Below, one piece after another: positions 25,450-34,158 of a stretch of DNA of 61,464 nucleotides. How positions within the stretch are numbered: the first letter of the stretch is position 1; each line of letters begins with the position of its first letter. The notes under the pieces are model-generated. The model was not told the origin of the DNA. It did not search any database and saw nothing but the letters and a program-made list of their open reading frames with translations. This DNA is from Candidatus Margulisiibacteriota bacterium (GTDB lineage Bacteria > Margulisbacteria > WOR-1 > O2-12-FULL-45-9). Both the position numbers and the translations under genes were made by a program. The DNA is taken from contig JAYEOW010000046.1 in assembly GCA_034723395.1 (NCBI GenBank), positions 1 to 61,464 of the forward strand. Reading direction: 5' to 3'.

Positions 25450-25771
25450 TGATGGTTAAGCTTTCTTCTTCGATCTTATCTATCTTAACAATGCTCTGTT
25501 TGCCAACCGCGACCAGCCAGGCGGATTTACCGACTTTTAATATGTACGCGCCGACTTGCGGTTCGAGATAGACCCGGTCGATGACTTTTATATATCTGCC
25601 GAAAGCGTTGGTCTTTAACCTGGGGAGAAGATACTTGCCAATCAAATAGATAAAAGCCAGGACGATAAGCAGGGAGAAAAATACCTGCATAATATATCCG
25701 AAGGTGATTACCGGTGTAGACTCAAAGACCAAGGCCTCCTGGCTTGCCCCGAGCGGAGTCGAGGGGGTCAT
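25442..25771 (-). CDS. fliO: FliO/FliZ-like protein
   Basis: One TM helix followed by IKVIDRVYL...ILKVG...LVAVG; located between fliN and fliP. Confidence 0.8.
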   Translation of the reverse strand: MTPSTPLGASQEALVFESTPVITFGYIMQVFFSLLIVLAFIYLIGKYLLPRLKTNAFGRYIKVIDRVYLEPQVGAYILKVGKSAWLVAVGKQSIVKIDKIEEESLTINE

Positions 25772-26058
25772 CTCATCACCACGTTAGTAATGCGCAGACC
25801 GTAAGAGTCGTCGATGGCGACGACCTCGCCCTGAGCTACTAATTGCCCTCCAACTTTAAGATCGAGCGGTTCGCCAGCGAGGCGGTCGAGCTCAACGATC
25901 GAACCTTCCGAAAGATCGAGGATCTCTTTTAATGTTAATTCGGTCTGGCCGAGCTCTACCGTTGCCTTGACCGGAATATTACCTAAAGTCCTTTGTTCGA
26001 TCTTTTCACCTTTTTCTCCTTCACTAAACTCGGGAAATTTGACATTTCTTACTTCCAT
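25768..26058 (-). CDS. fliN: C-ring protein FliN
   Basis: IPVKATVELG...ILDL.EGSIVELDRLAGEPLD...GEVVAID..YGLRI. Confidence 0.95.
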   Translation of the reverse strand: MEVRNVKFPEFSEGEKGEKIEQRTLGNIPVKATVELGQTELTLKEILDLSEGSIVELDRLAGEPLDLKVGGQLVAQGEVVAIDDSYGLRITNVVMR

Positions 26059-26061
26059 TTA

Positions 26062-27384
26062 TTATTCCTCCTTTTCTTCATCCTCCGCGCTTTGCGCTTC
26101 GGAGGATAAATCTTCTTCTGGAAACTCTTCGTCAGGGAAATCTTCTTCCGAGAAGTCTTCCTCTTCCTCGGGTAATTCTTCGCTTTCCTCTTCTTCCGTT
26201 GCCTCTTCTTCCGGGAACTCTTCCTCCTCCGCCTCTTGGGCTTCGGAGGACATGTCCTCAGGGAAGCTCTCTTCTTCGGTAAATTCTTCCTCCTCCGCGC
26301 CTTGCGCGGCGGACAAGTCCTCTGCTGTTTCTTCCTCTTCCACCTCTTCCTCAACTGTTGGAGAGAGCTCTTCAGTTTCTTCTTCTTCAAGCTCCGGTTT
26401 GGGGATCGATATCTCCGGCCGCTCTTCAAAGCCGACAATGCGAGCGGCATATTTTTTATTCTTTGTCCCAGGCTGGGCAAAACTTTTTAAGTTTTCTCCA
26501 ACTGTAAATGAAATCGGAGATTCGATACTCGTCTCTAAAGAGACTACGTCGCCGATCTCGAGCTGATCGATATCATTGGTTGTAAGCGATGTTTCCCCCA
26601 AAGCGATCGAGGCGCCGGCCATGATTTTCGAAAGGAGCGAGCCGGGGAGGCGGGCGAAGTTAAGCGGCTTTGCGTAAACTATTTCTTTGTACTGCGCAAT
26701 CAGTTTTTTCAGCATTCCTCCCGGATAGGCAAAAGTGATTTTTCCAACCGGATTATCAGCTAAGGCGATCTCCGCGTTAAAACTGGCTATGGTGAGGTTT
26801 GGATTGATGCTTGAATCGAGCATAATATCAGGGGAGCTGGTGATATTAAAAACCGGATTTTTTATTACGTTCTCGTACGCGGAGGAAAATTTTGGTAAAT
26901 ACTCAGTCATAGTTGTCGTAAATACCCTGTTTTCCGAATCGGTTAACCCCCGATTAAGTGGTTCCAGGTCCCGGTTGCCCAACGCGTAATTGATAATCGA
27001 ATTGGCCTGGGCGAGATCGAAGAAGATGTGTACCGGGTCGTGTTCGTTTTTAACTTTGATCTTTCCCTGGACTACCGCGCTGGTCATTGTTCTCAGGAAA
27101 TTCAGGTAGGTTGTCTGTTCGACTGAAACGGTAAAAAGTTCAACCGATAAGCCGAGATCGATTTTTAGCCTTTTTAAAAACTCCTTTGTAAAATTGTAGT
27201 GGATAAAAAGGAATAGATTGAGTTCTTCTTTGGAAAGGCGGTCAAACCCGTAAAGGCCGGTCTTTACCTTCTTAACCAGGACCCTCGGCGGTTTGTAAAC
27301 CGTCCAGTCCCCGATCGCCGGCGCGAATTTAAGCGTCCGCTTTTGTGGAGCAATCTCAGGTTTGCTTGCCTGTTTTTCCACCAT
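26062..27384 (-). CDS. fliM: Divergent FliM with a long acidic C-terminal tail
   Basis: DRLSKEEL, SVEQTTY..F, R.LTDSE middle domain and SpoA domain (LEIGDVV.L); about 110 aa Glu-rich tail; upstream of fliN. Confidence 0.8.
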   Translation of the reverse strand: MVEKQASKPEIAPQKRTLKFAPAIGDWTVYKPPRVLVKKVKTGLYGFDRLSKEELNLFLFIHYNFTKEFLKRLKIDLGLSVELFTVSVEQTTYLNFLRTMTSAVVQGKIKVKNEHDPVHIFFDLAQANSIINYALGNRDLEPLNRGLTDSENRVFTTTMTEYLPKFSSAYENVIKNPVFNITSSPDIMLDSSINPNLTIASFNAEIALADNPVGKITFAYPGGMLKKLIAQYKEIVYAKPLNFARLPGSLLSKIMAGASIALGETSLTTNDIDQLEIGDVVSLETSIESPISFTVGENLKSFAQPGTKNKKYAARIVGFEERPEISIPKPELEEEETEELSPTVEEEVEEEETAEDLSAAQGAEEEEFTEEESFPEDMSSEAQEAEEEEFPEEEATEEEESEELPEEEEDFSEEDFPDEEFPEEDLSSEAQSAEDEEKEE

Positions 27385-27420
27385 TACCTCAATCCATCTA
27401 TTTTATTAGAATAGATTTCT

Positions 27421-28236
27421 TTAGCTTATTTTATTGATGAACGTTGAGATCATGTCGGATGCTAATCGAACCATGGTCAGGTTCCCTTCCATCGCTCTTT
27501 GCAGCTCGAGGGCATCCAGCGATTCACCTAGATAGAATACGTTAGATTGCTCGAGTTGTCCAGCGCGAACTGATCCCACCGCGCCGCCGGGGGCTTGGGC
27601 GGTGGCTGGAGAACCCGAGGCCGGGGTTTCGGCAAAACTGGTCCCTTGCGCCTGGGCTAATCCGTTCGGATTTTCAAAATAGGTTAGCGCGATCTGGTAT
27701 CCGGTAGAAGTATAAGTTGTTCCGCCGTCCGAAGAGTATTCAAGGGTGCCATCCGCCGTCCACTGATAATCGGATTTATTTCCGGAAGGAAGGTTTTGGA
27801 TTGGAACTAAACTTCCGGAGCTGTTCAGTCCGTAAACTTGCATGTTGTTCGAAAGCAGACTGCCGTTTAGGTCGATCTCAAAGTTTCCAGCGCGACCGTA
27901 TAGATAACTGTCGCCGCCATCCGGGGAGAAGATAAAAAGACCCCGGCCGGAAATTGCCAGGTCGGCGCTGGTTCCCGAGGTGTATTCACCCGAAGAGAAA
28001 TCGAGCGAGACATTTGATAATGCCATTCCCTGTCCGAACTGTTTCGGGTTCGTTCCACCGCTCGTATTGGTGGCGGCGGTCCCCTGGTTTAAGATCCTTT
28101 CAAATATAGTCTGGAAAGAGACATCGATCCTTTTATAACCGGTGACATTCATCCCGGCGATGTTTGCTGAAGTAGCCTGCAGTGCGGTATTGTAAGCAGA
28201 AATCGCGTTTTTTGCCTGGCTCATAATGTTAAGCAT
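27421..28236 (-). CDS. Short flagellar hook/basal-body protein (FlgE/FlgG family)
   Basis: NIAGMNVTGYK; GGTNPKQFGQG; DLAISGRGLF; YGRAGNF; F.NP.GL; GQLEQSNV; 271 aa. Confidence 0.88.
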   Translation of the reverse strand: MLNIMSQAKNAISAYNTALQATSANIAGMNVTGYKRIDVSFQTIFERILNQGTAATNTSGGTNPKQFGQGMALSNVSLDFSSGEYTSGTSADLAISGRGLFIFSPDGGDSYLYGRAGNFEIDLNGSLLSNNMQVYGLNSSGSLVPIQNLPSGNKSDYQWTADGTLEYSSDGGTTYTSTGYQIALTYFENPNGLAQAQGTSFAETPASGSPATAQAPGGAVGSVRAGQLEQSNVFYLGESLDALELQRAMEGNLTMVRLASDMISTFINKIS

Positions 28237-28960
28237 GGTGTTCCTCCTTTATTCTCTCGATCTTTATCTCGGAAAGATTGACGTTGGACCTTTTTAAGGC
28301 GATTTCGAGCTCCTTGCGCAGAGCCTCGAGTTGTTTTCTGATCTCTTCGGGAGCCTGGATCTGGATCGATACCATTCCGGATTTGGCAATTAAAGTTAGG
28401 ATAATTTCTCCAAGGTCGTCTGGTTTAAGCCCGACCGTCAGTTCAGTTTTACCTTTTCCCTTGACCAATCTTACTTGGGCCAGAATTTGATCGACTAAAT
28501 ACTGGAGATCAAGTTTGCTGAGCAATTTACCTTCCATCTGCGCTTGAAAGAAGAGGGGGCTTGCTTCAAGGTTCGGAGCCAGCCATCCGGTTTTTGCTAA
28601 AATTTCCTGAAGCATCATTTCCGGAGGCTTGGGGACAAAATTATCGGATAACCTGAATCCACCAGATCGCGCCAAGTGATTTTCTCTTTGATAGTTCTCA
28701 GAATAATTCTGTTCGGCCGGGGAGATTTCTACTTCATAGAGAAAATCACTTCTTCCATAGCTCTCGGTCTCCGGGGTGAAGGCGGGATAAGAAAAAAGCG
28801 AACTGAATTCGAATTGGGCCCAGGGAGAAAACATGAGGGCGATCCTTTTTTGCTCTTCATCGAGATAATTTTGGAAGGATTGGTCGGGCGGGTTTTGGGC
28901 AGAGGAATCCTGCAACAGGCCGGCGTCAGGGGCATGAATTTGAGAAAGTTGGATCTCCAC
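28229..28960 (-). CDS. fliK: Hook-length control protein FliK-like
   Basis: C-terminal Flg_hook domain LKPDDLGEIILTL...LEALRKELEIAL; GTG start with SD AAGGAGG. Confidence 0.82.
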   Translation of the reverse strand: MEIQLSQIHAPDAGLLQDSSAQNPPDQSFQNYLDEEQKRIALMFSPWAQFEFSSLFSYPAFTPETESYGRSDFLYEVEISPAEQNYSENYQRENHLARSGGFRLSDNFVPKPPEMMLQEILAKTGWLAPNLEASPLFFQAQMEGKLLSKLDLQYLVDQILAQVRLVKGKGKTELTVGLKPDDLGEIILTLIAKSGMVSIQIQAPEEIRKQLEALRKELEIALKRSNVNLSEIKIERIKEEHHA

Positions 28961-29075
28961 ACTGCCTCCTTTAATTTAATCGAAAGTGTAGCAAAGAAAC
29001 TTGCATGGTTCAATAGGAAACAATGCCTCTCGACCCATTCCTTTTCAAACCATTCCGTTCCGGGCCGTCTCCCTG

Positions 29076-29104
29076 ATTATACCCAACACTATTCGTGGGT
29101 GCAA
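29076..29104 (-). promoter_or_regulatory. Sigma70-type promoter upstream of fliK
   Basis: Minus strand TTGCAC-N17-TATAAT. Confidence 0.55.
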
Positions 29105-29271
29105 GAAGAAGGACTTATAATGTAGAAACTATGATATCTCTGACTAATCTCTTAATATCTAATACAGTTCTTGCCCCTAATTCGGAGCTATATGTTTGTA
29201 TCGTGAGATGATGTTTGGGATGTCTATGCGTATAATAAAATTTACCCTAATTTTTTATATTCTCCGACTAC

Positions 29272-29652
29272 TTAATGCCTAAGGAAAAGTTTCTTGGCAA
29301 GAATATAACCTATCGAAATAGTAAAAACTGGAATTATCAGATATCTTAAGCCAATTTCCATAAAATAGCGACCATAAGACATTTGCGAAAAAGGAATTAA
29401 AAAAGCAAAGTCAAGAAGCCAGTTGACCAGGGGCCATATCAAACCTAAATCAAGACCTTCTTTAAAATATTCTTTATCAACTTTGTTGAAATATAGGACA
29501 GTACAAATTGCACCTACGATTGCGCTTTCGACAAGCATAATCGTCTTAAAGAAAACAAGGTCGTTGTTCATCAGGCCCATCAATGGGATGGCTGTAACAT
29601 ATGGGATTATCCAGATAATGATAGCGTAACCGATTATTTTTGGCAGTCTCAT
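29272..29652 (-). CDS. Small four-TM membrane protein
   Basis: Four hydrophobic helices; SD AAGGAGG before the ATG at 29652 (MRLPK). Confidence 0.75.
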   Translation of the reverse strand: MRLPKIIGYAIIIWIIPYVTAIPLMGLMNNDLVFFKTIMLVESAIVGAICTVLYFNKVDKEYFKEGLDLGLIWPLVNWLLDFAFLIPFSQMSYGRYFMEIGLRYLIIPVFTISIGYILAKKLFLRH

Positions 29653-29786
29653 GTGAATTTCCTCCTTTTGATTGCATTCTCCCACCACCCACTTCCTCTG
29701 TCAATGGTGAGAAAAACGTGTTTTCCAGTGGGTGCGTATTTATTAGAATGGGGTTGGGGAAAGGAGGAGGGATTATTCTATCAAGG

Positions 29787-30134
29787 TCATTTTTGGGAAT
29801 TTATAAGACCGGAGATCATTTTTGATAACTCTTCAAGCCGTTCGTAATATGCGGCTTTTTGTTTTTTGCGGATCAGATCCATATCCAGTAAAACGTCTAA
29901 TATCGCAACACATTCGAAAACCGATCCCCTGGCTATGATATAGAAATGGCGCTTGTCTGCCTTTGAATATCGGCCGGCCCCTTCGGCAATATTTAGCGGG
30001 ATTGATAGCGTGGCCCTTTGTAGTTGGTCAATGAGTCGAGGATGGGCATACTTTAAGCTGGAAATCAACTCCGAAAGCTCTTTTGTGAGTTGCTTGGCTT
30101 TTTTATAAACATCAAACTTTTCAAAATCAAACAT
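29787..30134 (-). CDS. Four helix bundle protein
   Basis: FEKFDVYKKA...DQLQRATLSIPLNIAEG.G...HFYIIARGSVFEC. Confidence 0.93.
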   Translation of the reverse strand: MFDFEKFDVYKKAKQLTKELSELISSLKYAHPRLIDQLQRATLSIPLNIAEGAGRYSKADKRHFYIIARGSVFECVAILDVLLDMDLIRKKQKAAYYERLEELSKMISGLINSQK

Positions 30135-30269
30135 ATATAATAATTATACCATGCCCTCATTCTTCTTCCTCATTCTTATCCCTAATAATTTGCGGAGCCT
30201 ACCAAAGAAAGTTTGAAGGGATAGGGAGAGGGTGAGGAATTAGGGAATAATTTGCTTCGCAAATTATTA

Positions 30270-30353
30270 TGCCTGGGAGGAGATTCGAACTCCTATGCTT
30301 TTGACGGCGCCAGCCCCTCAAGCTGGTGTGTCTGCCAATTCCACCACCCAGGC
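30270..30353 (-). tRNA. tRNA-Leu(GAG)
   Basis: Reverse complement GCCTGGGTGGTGGAATTGGCAGACACACCAGC-TT-GAG-GG-GCTGG, long variable arm, GTTCGAATC...CCCAGGCA. Confidence 0.95.
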
Positions 30354-30378
30354 ATCTCGACTTCGCTCGATGAGGATT

Positions 30379-31599
30379 CTAACAATTATCGAAGGATTCT
30401 TCAACAATAATACTTTCGACCGGTTCGCGGGAGAGGGCGTATGATATCTCTTCCATCTTCATTCCCCGGGAACCTTTGACCAGGATGCGGTCGCCGCGGC
30501 GGACCATTTTTTTTAGTTTTTTAACCGTAAGCCTATTATTTGTAAGGTGGAAGTTGGCTTTCATTTCTCTGGACAGTTTTCCGACAGAAACCAGGATGTC
30601 GATCCCTAATTCTCTGGAGAGTTTGCCGATCCTTTTATGGGCCGGTTTTGCCCTTTTGCCCAGCTCGAACATGTCGCCGAGCACCGCGATCTTTCTCCCT
30701 TTAAGACAGGCCAGAACTTTTAACGCCGCAGCCATTGACTGGGGATTGGCATTGTAAGTGTCATTTATGATCTTAACTCCATCTTCGCGATTGATGATTT
30801 CCATTCGCTTGCTGGAGAGCACTACGTTTTCCAATCCTTTTTTGATCGAAGATCGCTTAAGTCTCATGATCTTAGCTACGGCGATCGCGGCCAACGCGTT
30901 ATAAATAATGTGTTCACCGGGGAGCGGTAATTTAATCCCTTTTAGATCTTTTGGAGTTACGCTGGCTTTTTCGGTGATCCCAAAAGTGATAATGTTTGAT
31001 TTTTTGCATTTAATATTCTTAGCTAAGTGCTCAAAATATTCATCGTCTGCGTTGATCACGGCGAAATCATTTTTAGCCTGATATTTAAAGATCTCCGCCT
31101 TGGCTCGGGCGACATTTTTTTTGCTCTTTAAGAATTCAAGGTGGGCCTCGCCGATGTTTGTAACGACTGCGATCCTGGGGCGGACGATCCTGGCCAGCTG
31201 TTCGATCTCGCCCAAACCCCGCATGGCCATTTCGATCACCGCCGCTTTATGCTTTTTGGTAATTTTTAAAAGGGTGAGGGGGACCCCGATCTCATTATTA
31301 AAATTCTCTTCGTTCTTTAAGACCTTTTTCTCCTGGGAGATGATCGAGGCGATCATATCTTTGGTGGTGGTTTTGCCAACACTGCCGGTGACGCCAACGA
31401 TCGGGATATTGAATTTGTTTCGATGTTCGATCGCCATTGCTTGAAGGGATTTCAATCCATCTTTTACGTCTAAAACAGAGCCCCCCTTTTTAATCGCTTC
31501 GGGGATAAAATTGCGGCCGTCAAAGTTCGGTCCTTTTATGGGGATAAAGAGATCTCCTTTACAAATGGTGCGGGCATCGATCGAGATCCGTTTGGTCAT
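30379..31599 (-). CDS. murF: UDP-MurNAc-tripeptide:D-Ala-D-Ala ligase
   Basis: GVTGSVGKTTTK; NFNNEIGVP; INDTYNANP.SM; VLGDMFELG; LVKGSRGMKME. Confidence 0.95.
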   Translation of the reverse strand: MTKRISIDARTICKGDLFIPIKGPNFDGRNFIPEAIKKGGSVLDVKDGLKSLQAMAIEHRNKFNIPIVGVTGSVGKTTTKDMIASIISQEKKVLKNEENFNNEIGVPLTLLKITKKHKAAVIEMAMRGLGEIEQLARIVRPRIAVVTNIGEAHLEFLKSKKNVARAKAEIFKYQAKNDFAVINADDEYFEHLAKNIKCKKSNIITFGITEKASVTPKDLKGIKLPLPGEHIIYNALAAIAVAKIMRLKRSSIKKGLENVVLSSKRMEIINREDGVKIINDTYNANPQSMAAALKVLACLKGRKIAVLGDMFELGKRAKPAHKRIGKLSRELGIDILVSVGKLSREMKANFHLTNNRLTVKKLKKMVRRGDRILVKGSRGMKMEEISYALSREPVESIIVEESFDNC

Positions 31600-32843
31600 T
31601 ATTTTACGTCAGCGGATTCCATGAACGCTTTGTTGGTCTTGAATTCTTTGAGGCGCTCGATCAGCTGTTCGGTGGCTTCGGCAGGATCATAATTGTCCAT
31701 TACTTTCCGGAGCAGCCACATTTTTCTGAGCTCTTTTTCGCCCATCAGGAGCTCTTCTCGGCGGGTACTCGACATTTTTACATCGAGCGCCGGGAAGATC
31801 CTGCGATTTGCAAGTTTACGGTCGAGATGGAGCTCCATATTCCCGGTCCCTTTGAATTCCTCATAGATAATATCGTCCATCCGCGATCCGGTATCAACCA
31901 GTGCGGTGGCGATAATGGTCAAGCTTGCTCCGCCTTCGAGATTCCTGGCTGCTCCGAAAAATCTTTTCGGGCGGTGGAGTGAAGTCGGGTCGAGGCCGCC
32001 GGACAATGTTCTTCCTGAGGGCGGGGTAACCAGGTTGTAAGCGCGGGCGAGGCGGGTGATCGAATCCATCAGGATAATTACATCCTTGCCTCCCTCAACT
32101 AATCTTTTACAAGATTCGAGCATTAATTCTGAGATCCGGATATGATTTTCCGGCGGCTCGTCAAAAGTAGAAGCGACCACTTCACCTTTTACCGAGCGGG
32201 CCATATCGGTGACCTCTTCGGGCCGTTCATCAACTAATAGGACTTTGATCAATGTTTCCGGGGAATTTTCGGTAATGCTGTTAGCGATATTTTTTAAGAT
32301 GGTGGTCTTTCCCGCCTTTGGGGGAGAGACGATCATTCCGCGCTGTCCCATCCCGATCGGGGCGAAGAGGTCCATCAATCTGCATACGATCGGGCATTTT
32401 GTATATTCTAAATTAAAGCGCTGGTCAGGGAAGATCGGAGTGAGATTTTCAAACGGGATCCGCTCTCTCAATAGTTCGGGGTTGGTCCCGTTGACCGCTT
32501 CGATCTTTAGCAGGCTGTAATATTTTTCTCCCTCTTTTGGCGGGCGGATCTGGCCGGAAACCAGGTCGCCGATCTGCATATCAAATCTTCTGATCTGGGT
32601 TTGCGAAACGTAGATATCGTCCCGGCTGGGGAGATATCCTCCGGTGCGCAAGAATCCATAACCTTCCGGCAGAATTTCCAGCACCCCTTTAGCAAACATG
32701 TTGCCGTTCTGTTGGGTTTTGGCTTCGAGGATCCTAAAGATCAGGTCGTGTTTTTTTAACGACCTGGTGTTTTGTATATCCATGGTCTTTGCGATCTGGT
32801 ACAGTTCCTGCAGATTTTTACCTTCTAATTCTACTATGTCCAT
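31599..32843 (-). CDS. rho: Transcription termination factor Rho
   Basis: GYGFLR...[30 protein letters not shown]. Confidence 0.98.
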   Translation of the reverse strand: MDIVELEGKNLQELYQIAKTMDIQNTRSLKKHDLIFRILEAKTQQNGNMFAKGVLEILPEGYGFLRTGGYLPSRDDIYVSQTQIRRFDMQIGDLVSGQIRPPKEGEKYYSLLKIEAVNGTNPELLRERIPFENLTPIFPDQRFNLEYTKCPIVCRLMDLFAPIGMGQRGMIVSPPKAGKTTILKNIANSITENSPETLIKVLLVDERPEEVTDMARSVKGEVVASTFDEPPENHIRISELMLESCKRLVEGGKDVIILMDSITRLARAYNLVTPPSGRTLSGGLDPTSLHRPKRFFGAARNLEGGASLTIIATALVDTGSRMDDIIYEEFKGTGNMELHLDRKLANRRIFPALDVKMSSTRREELLMGEKELRKMWLLRKVMDNYDPAEATEQLIERLKEFKTNKAFMESADVK

Positions 32844-32922
32844 TATTTTCCTCCTATTTGAAATAACATGTTGAAATATAGATTAAAAAATTTGTGAGGC
32901 CTTTGCGCTTCGTCCGTTAACC

Positions 32923-32973
32923 ATAATAGAATGAATATTAATAATTGTCAAGGTTATTTTTGTTTGTTATACT
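32923..32973. promoter_or_regulatory. Divergent promoters with overlapping -35 boxes (rho on -, tRNA-Leu pair on +)
   Basis: Plus strand TTGTCA-N17-TATACT (32945-32973); minus strand TTGACA-N17-TATTAT (32951-32923). Confidence 0.7.
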
Positions 32974-33007
32974 TTAACTTCTTGCTTGCATCGAGCAATG
33001 TCGAGAT

Positions 33008-33092
33008 GCCGCTGTGGTGGAATTGGCAGACGCGCTAGACTCAAAATCTGGTGAGGTTTATCCTCGTGTCGGTTCGACTCCGACCAGCGGCA
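33008..33092 (+). tRNA. tRNA-Leu(CAA)
   Basis: Acceptor stem GCCGCTG/CAGCGGC; CTAGA-CT-CAA-AA-TCTGG; long variable arm; GGTTCGACTCC. Confidence 0.96.
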
Positions 33093-33105
33093 TATTAAAA
33101 AACTT

Positions 33106-33189
33106 GCCCAGGTGGCGGAATTGGCAGACGCGCATGATTCAGGTTCATGTGGGGTCAAACCCTTGGAGGTTCAAGTCCTCTCCTGGGCA
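33106..33189 (+). tRNA. tRNA-Leu(CAG)
   Basis: Acceptor stem GCCCAGG/CCTGGGC; CATGA-TT-CAG-GT-TCATG; GGTTCAAGTCC. Confidence 0.96.
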
Positions 33190-33192
33190 TTT

Positions 33193-34158
33193 TTATTTTT
33201 CTTCGGTAAATATCCCCATCTTCCTGAACTTATTATAACGATCGGCAATAAGTTCGCGATGGGAGAGCGATAATAAAGGTTCCAGATTTTTTATTATGGC
33301 AGATTTCATGTAAGCGGCGGCTTGTTTTGGGTTGTTATGCGCGCCGCCGACCGGCTCTTTGATGATCTCATCGATAACTCCGAGCTTTAAAAGGTCCTTT
33401 GCGGTAATCTTCATTGCCACCGCCGCTTCATTAGCCCGGGTCGCATCCCTAAAAAGGATCGATGCGCATCCTTCGGGAGAAATAACTGAGTAGATCGAGA
33501 ATTCAAGCATCATTACCCGGTTGCCCATTCCAATTCCGAGCGCTCCACCGGAACCGCCTTCGCCTGTTACGATCGCGATGAAGGGTACGGTGAGCTCCGC
33601 CATCTCTCTTAGATTCTTGGCGATTGCTTCGGCCTGCCCGCGCTCTTCGGCGCCGATGCCGGGATAGGCTCCAGGGGTGTCGATGAATGCGATGATCGGT
33701 TTTTCATAACGCTCGGCGATCCGCATTACCCGCAATGCTTTTCGGTAACCCTCCGGATTTGCCATTCCAAAATTGCGGGCAATATTTTCTTTGGTAGACT
33801 TTCCTTTTTGCTGACCGAGCACAACTACTGAGCGGCCGTCTAACTTGGCGATCCCGGTGATCATTGCCGCGTCGTCAGAAAAATTACGATCACCGTGAAG
33901 TTCAATGAAATCAGAAAAAATATTATCGATATAATCGAGGGTCGTAGGCCGGTTGATGTGCCGCGCGACCCGAACGGTCTGGATAGGAGAGAGCTTGGAA
34001 AAGATATCCTGACGCATGGTTTCGATCCTTTTTTCCATCATCCGGATCTCTTCGTCCATATCCATCTTACCTTTTTCGGATACCTTCCTGATCTCATCTA
34101 ACTTCTCGTAGAGTTCGAGCAGCGGTTTTTCGAATGGGAATAAATTCTTATGTTTCAT
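33193..34158 (-). CDS. accA: Acetyl-CoA carboxylase carboxyltransferase alpha subunit
   Basis: ELHGDR; PEGYRKALR; DTPGAYPGIGAEERGQ; GEGGSGGA. Confidence 0.98.
   Translation of the reverse strand: MKHKNLFPFEKPLLELYEKLDEIRKVSEKGKMDMDEEIRMMEKRIETMRQDIFSKLSPIQTVRVARHINRPTTLDYIDNIFSDFIELHGDRNFSDDAAMITGIAKLDGRSVVVLGQQKGKSTKENIARNFGMANPEGYRKALRVMRIAERYEKPIIAFIDTPGAYPGIGAEERGQAEAIAKNLREMAELTVPFIAIVTGEGGSGGALGIGMGNRVMMLEFSIYSVISPEGCASILFRDATRANEAAVAMKITAKDLLKLGVIDEIIKEPVGGAHNNPKQAAAYMKSAIIKNLEPLLSLSHRELIADRYNKFRKMGIFTEEK

Noticed and set aside
26049..26480. Lys/Arg-rich 143-aa ORF and the Ser-rich antisense ORF at 25967-26566
   Set aside because: Alternative frames of the GAA/GAG-rich FliM tail.
32967..33238. 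Short ORFs over 32967-33238
   Set aside because: They overlap two clear tRNA-Leu genes.
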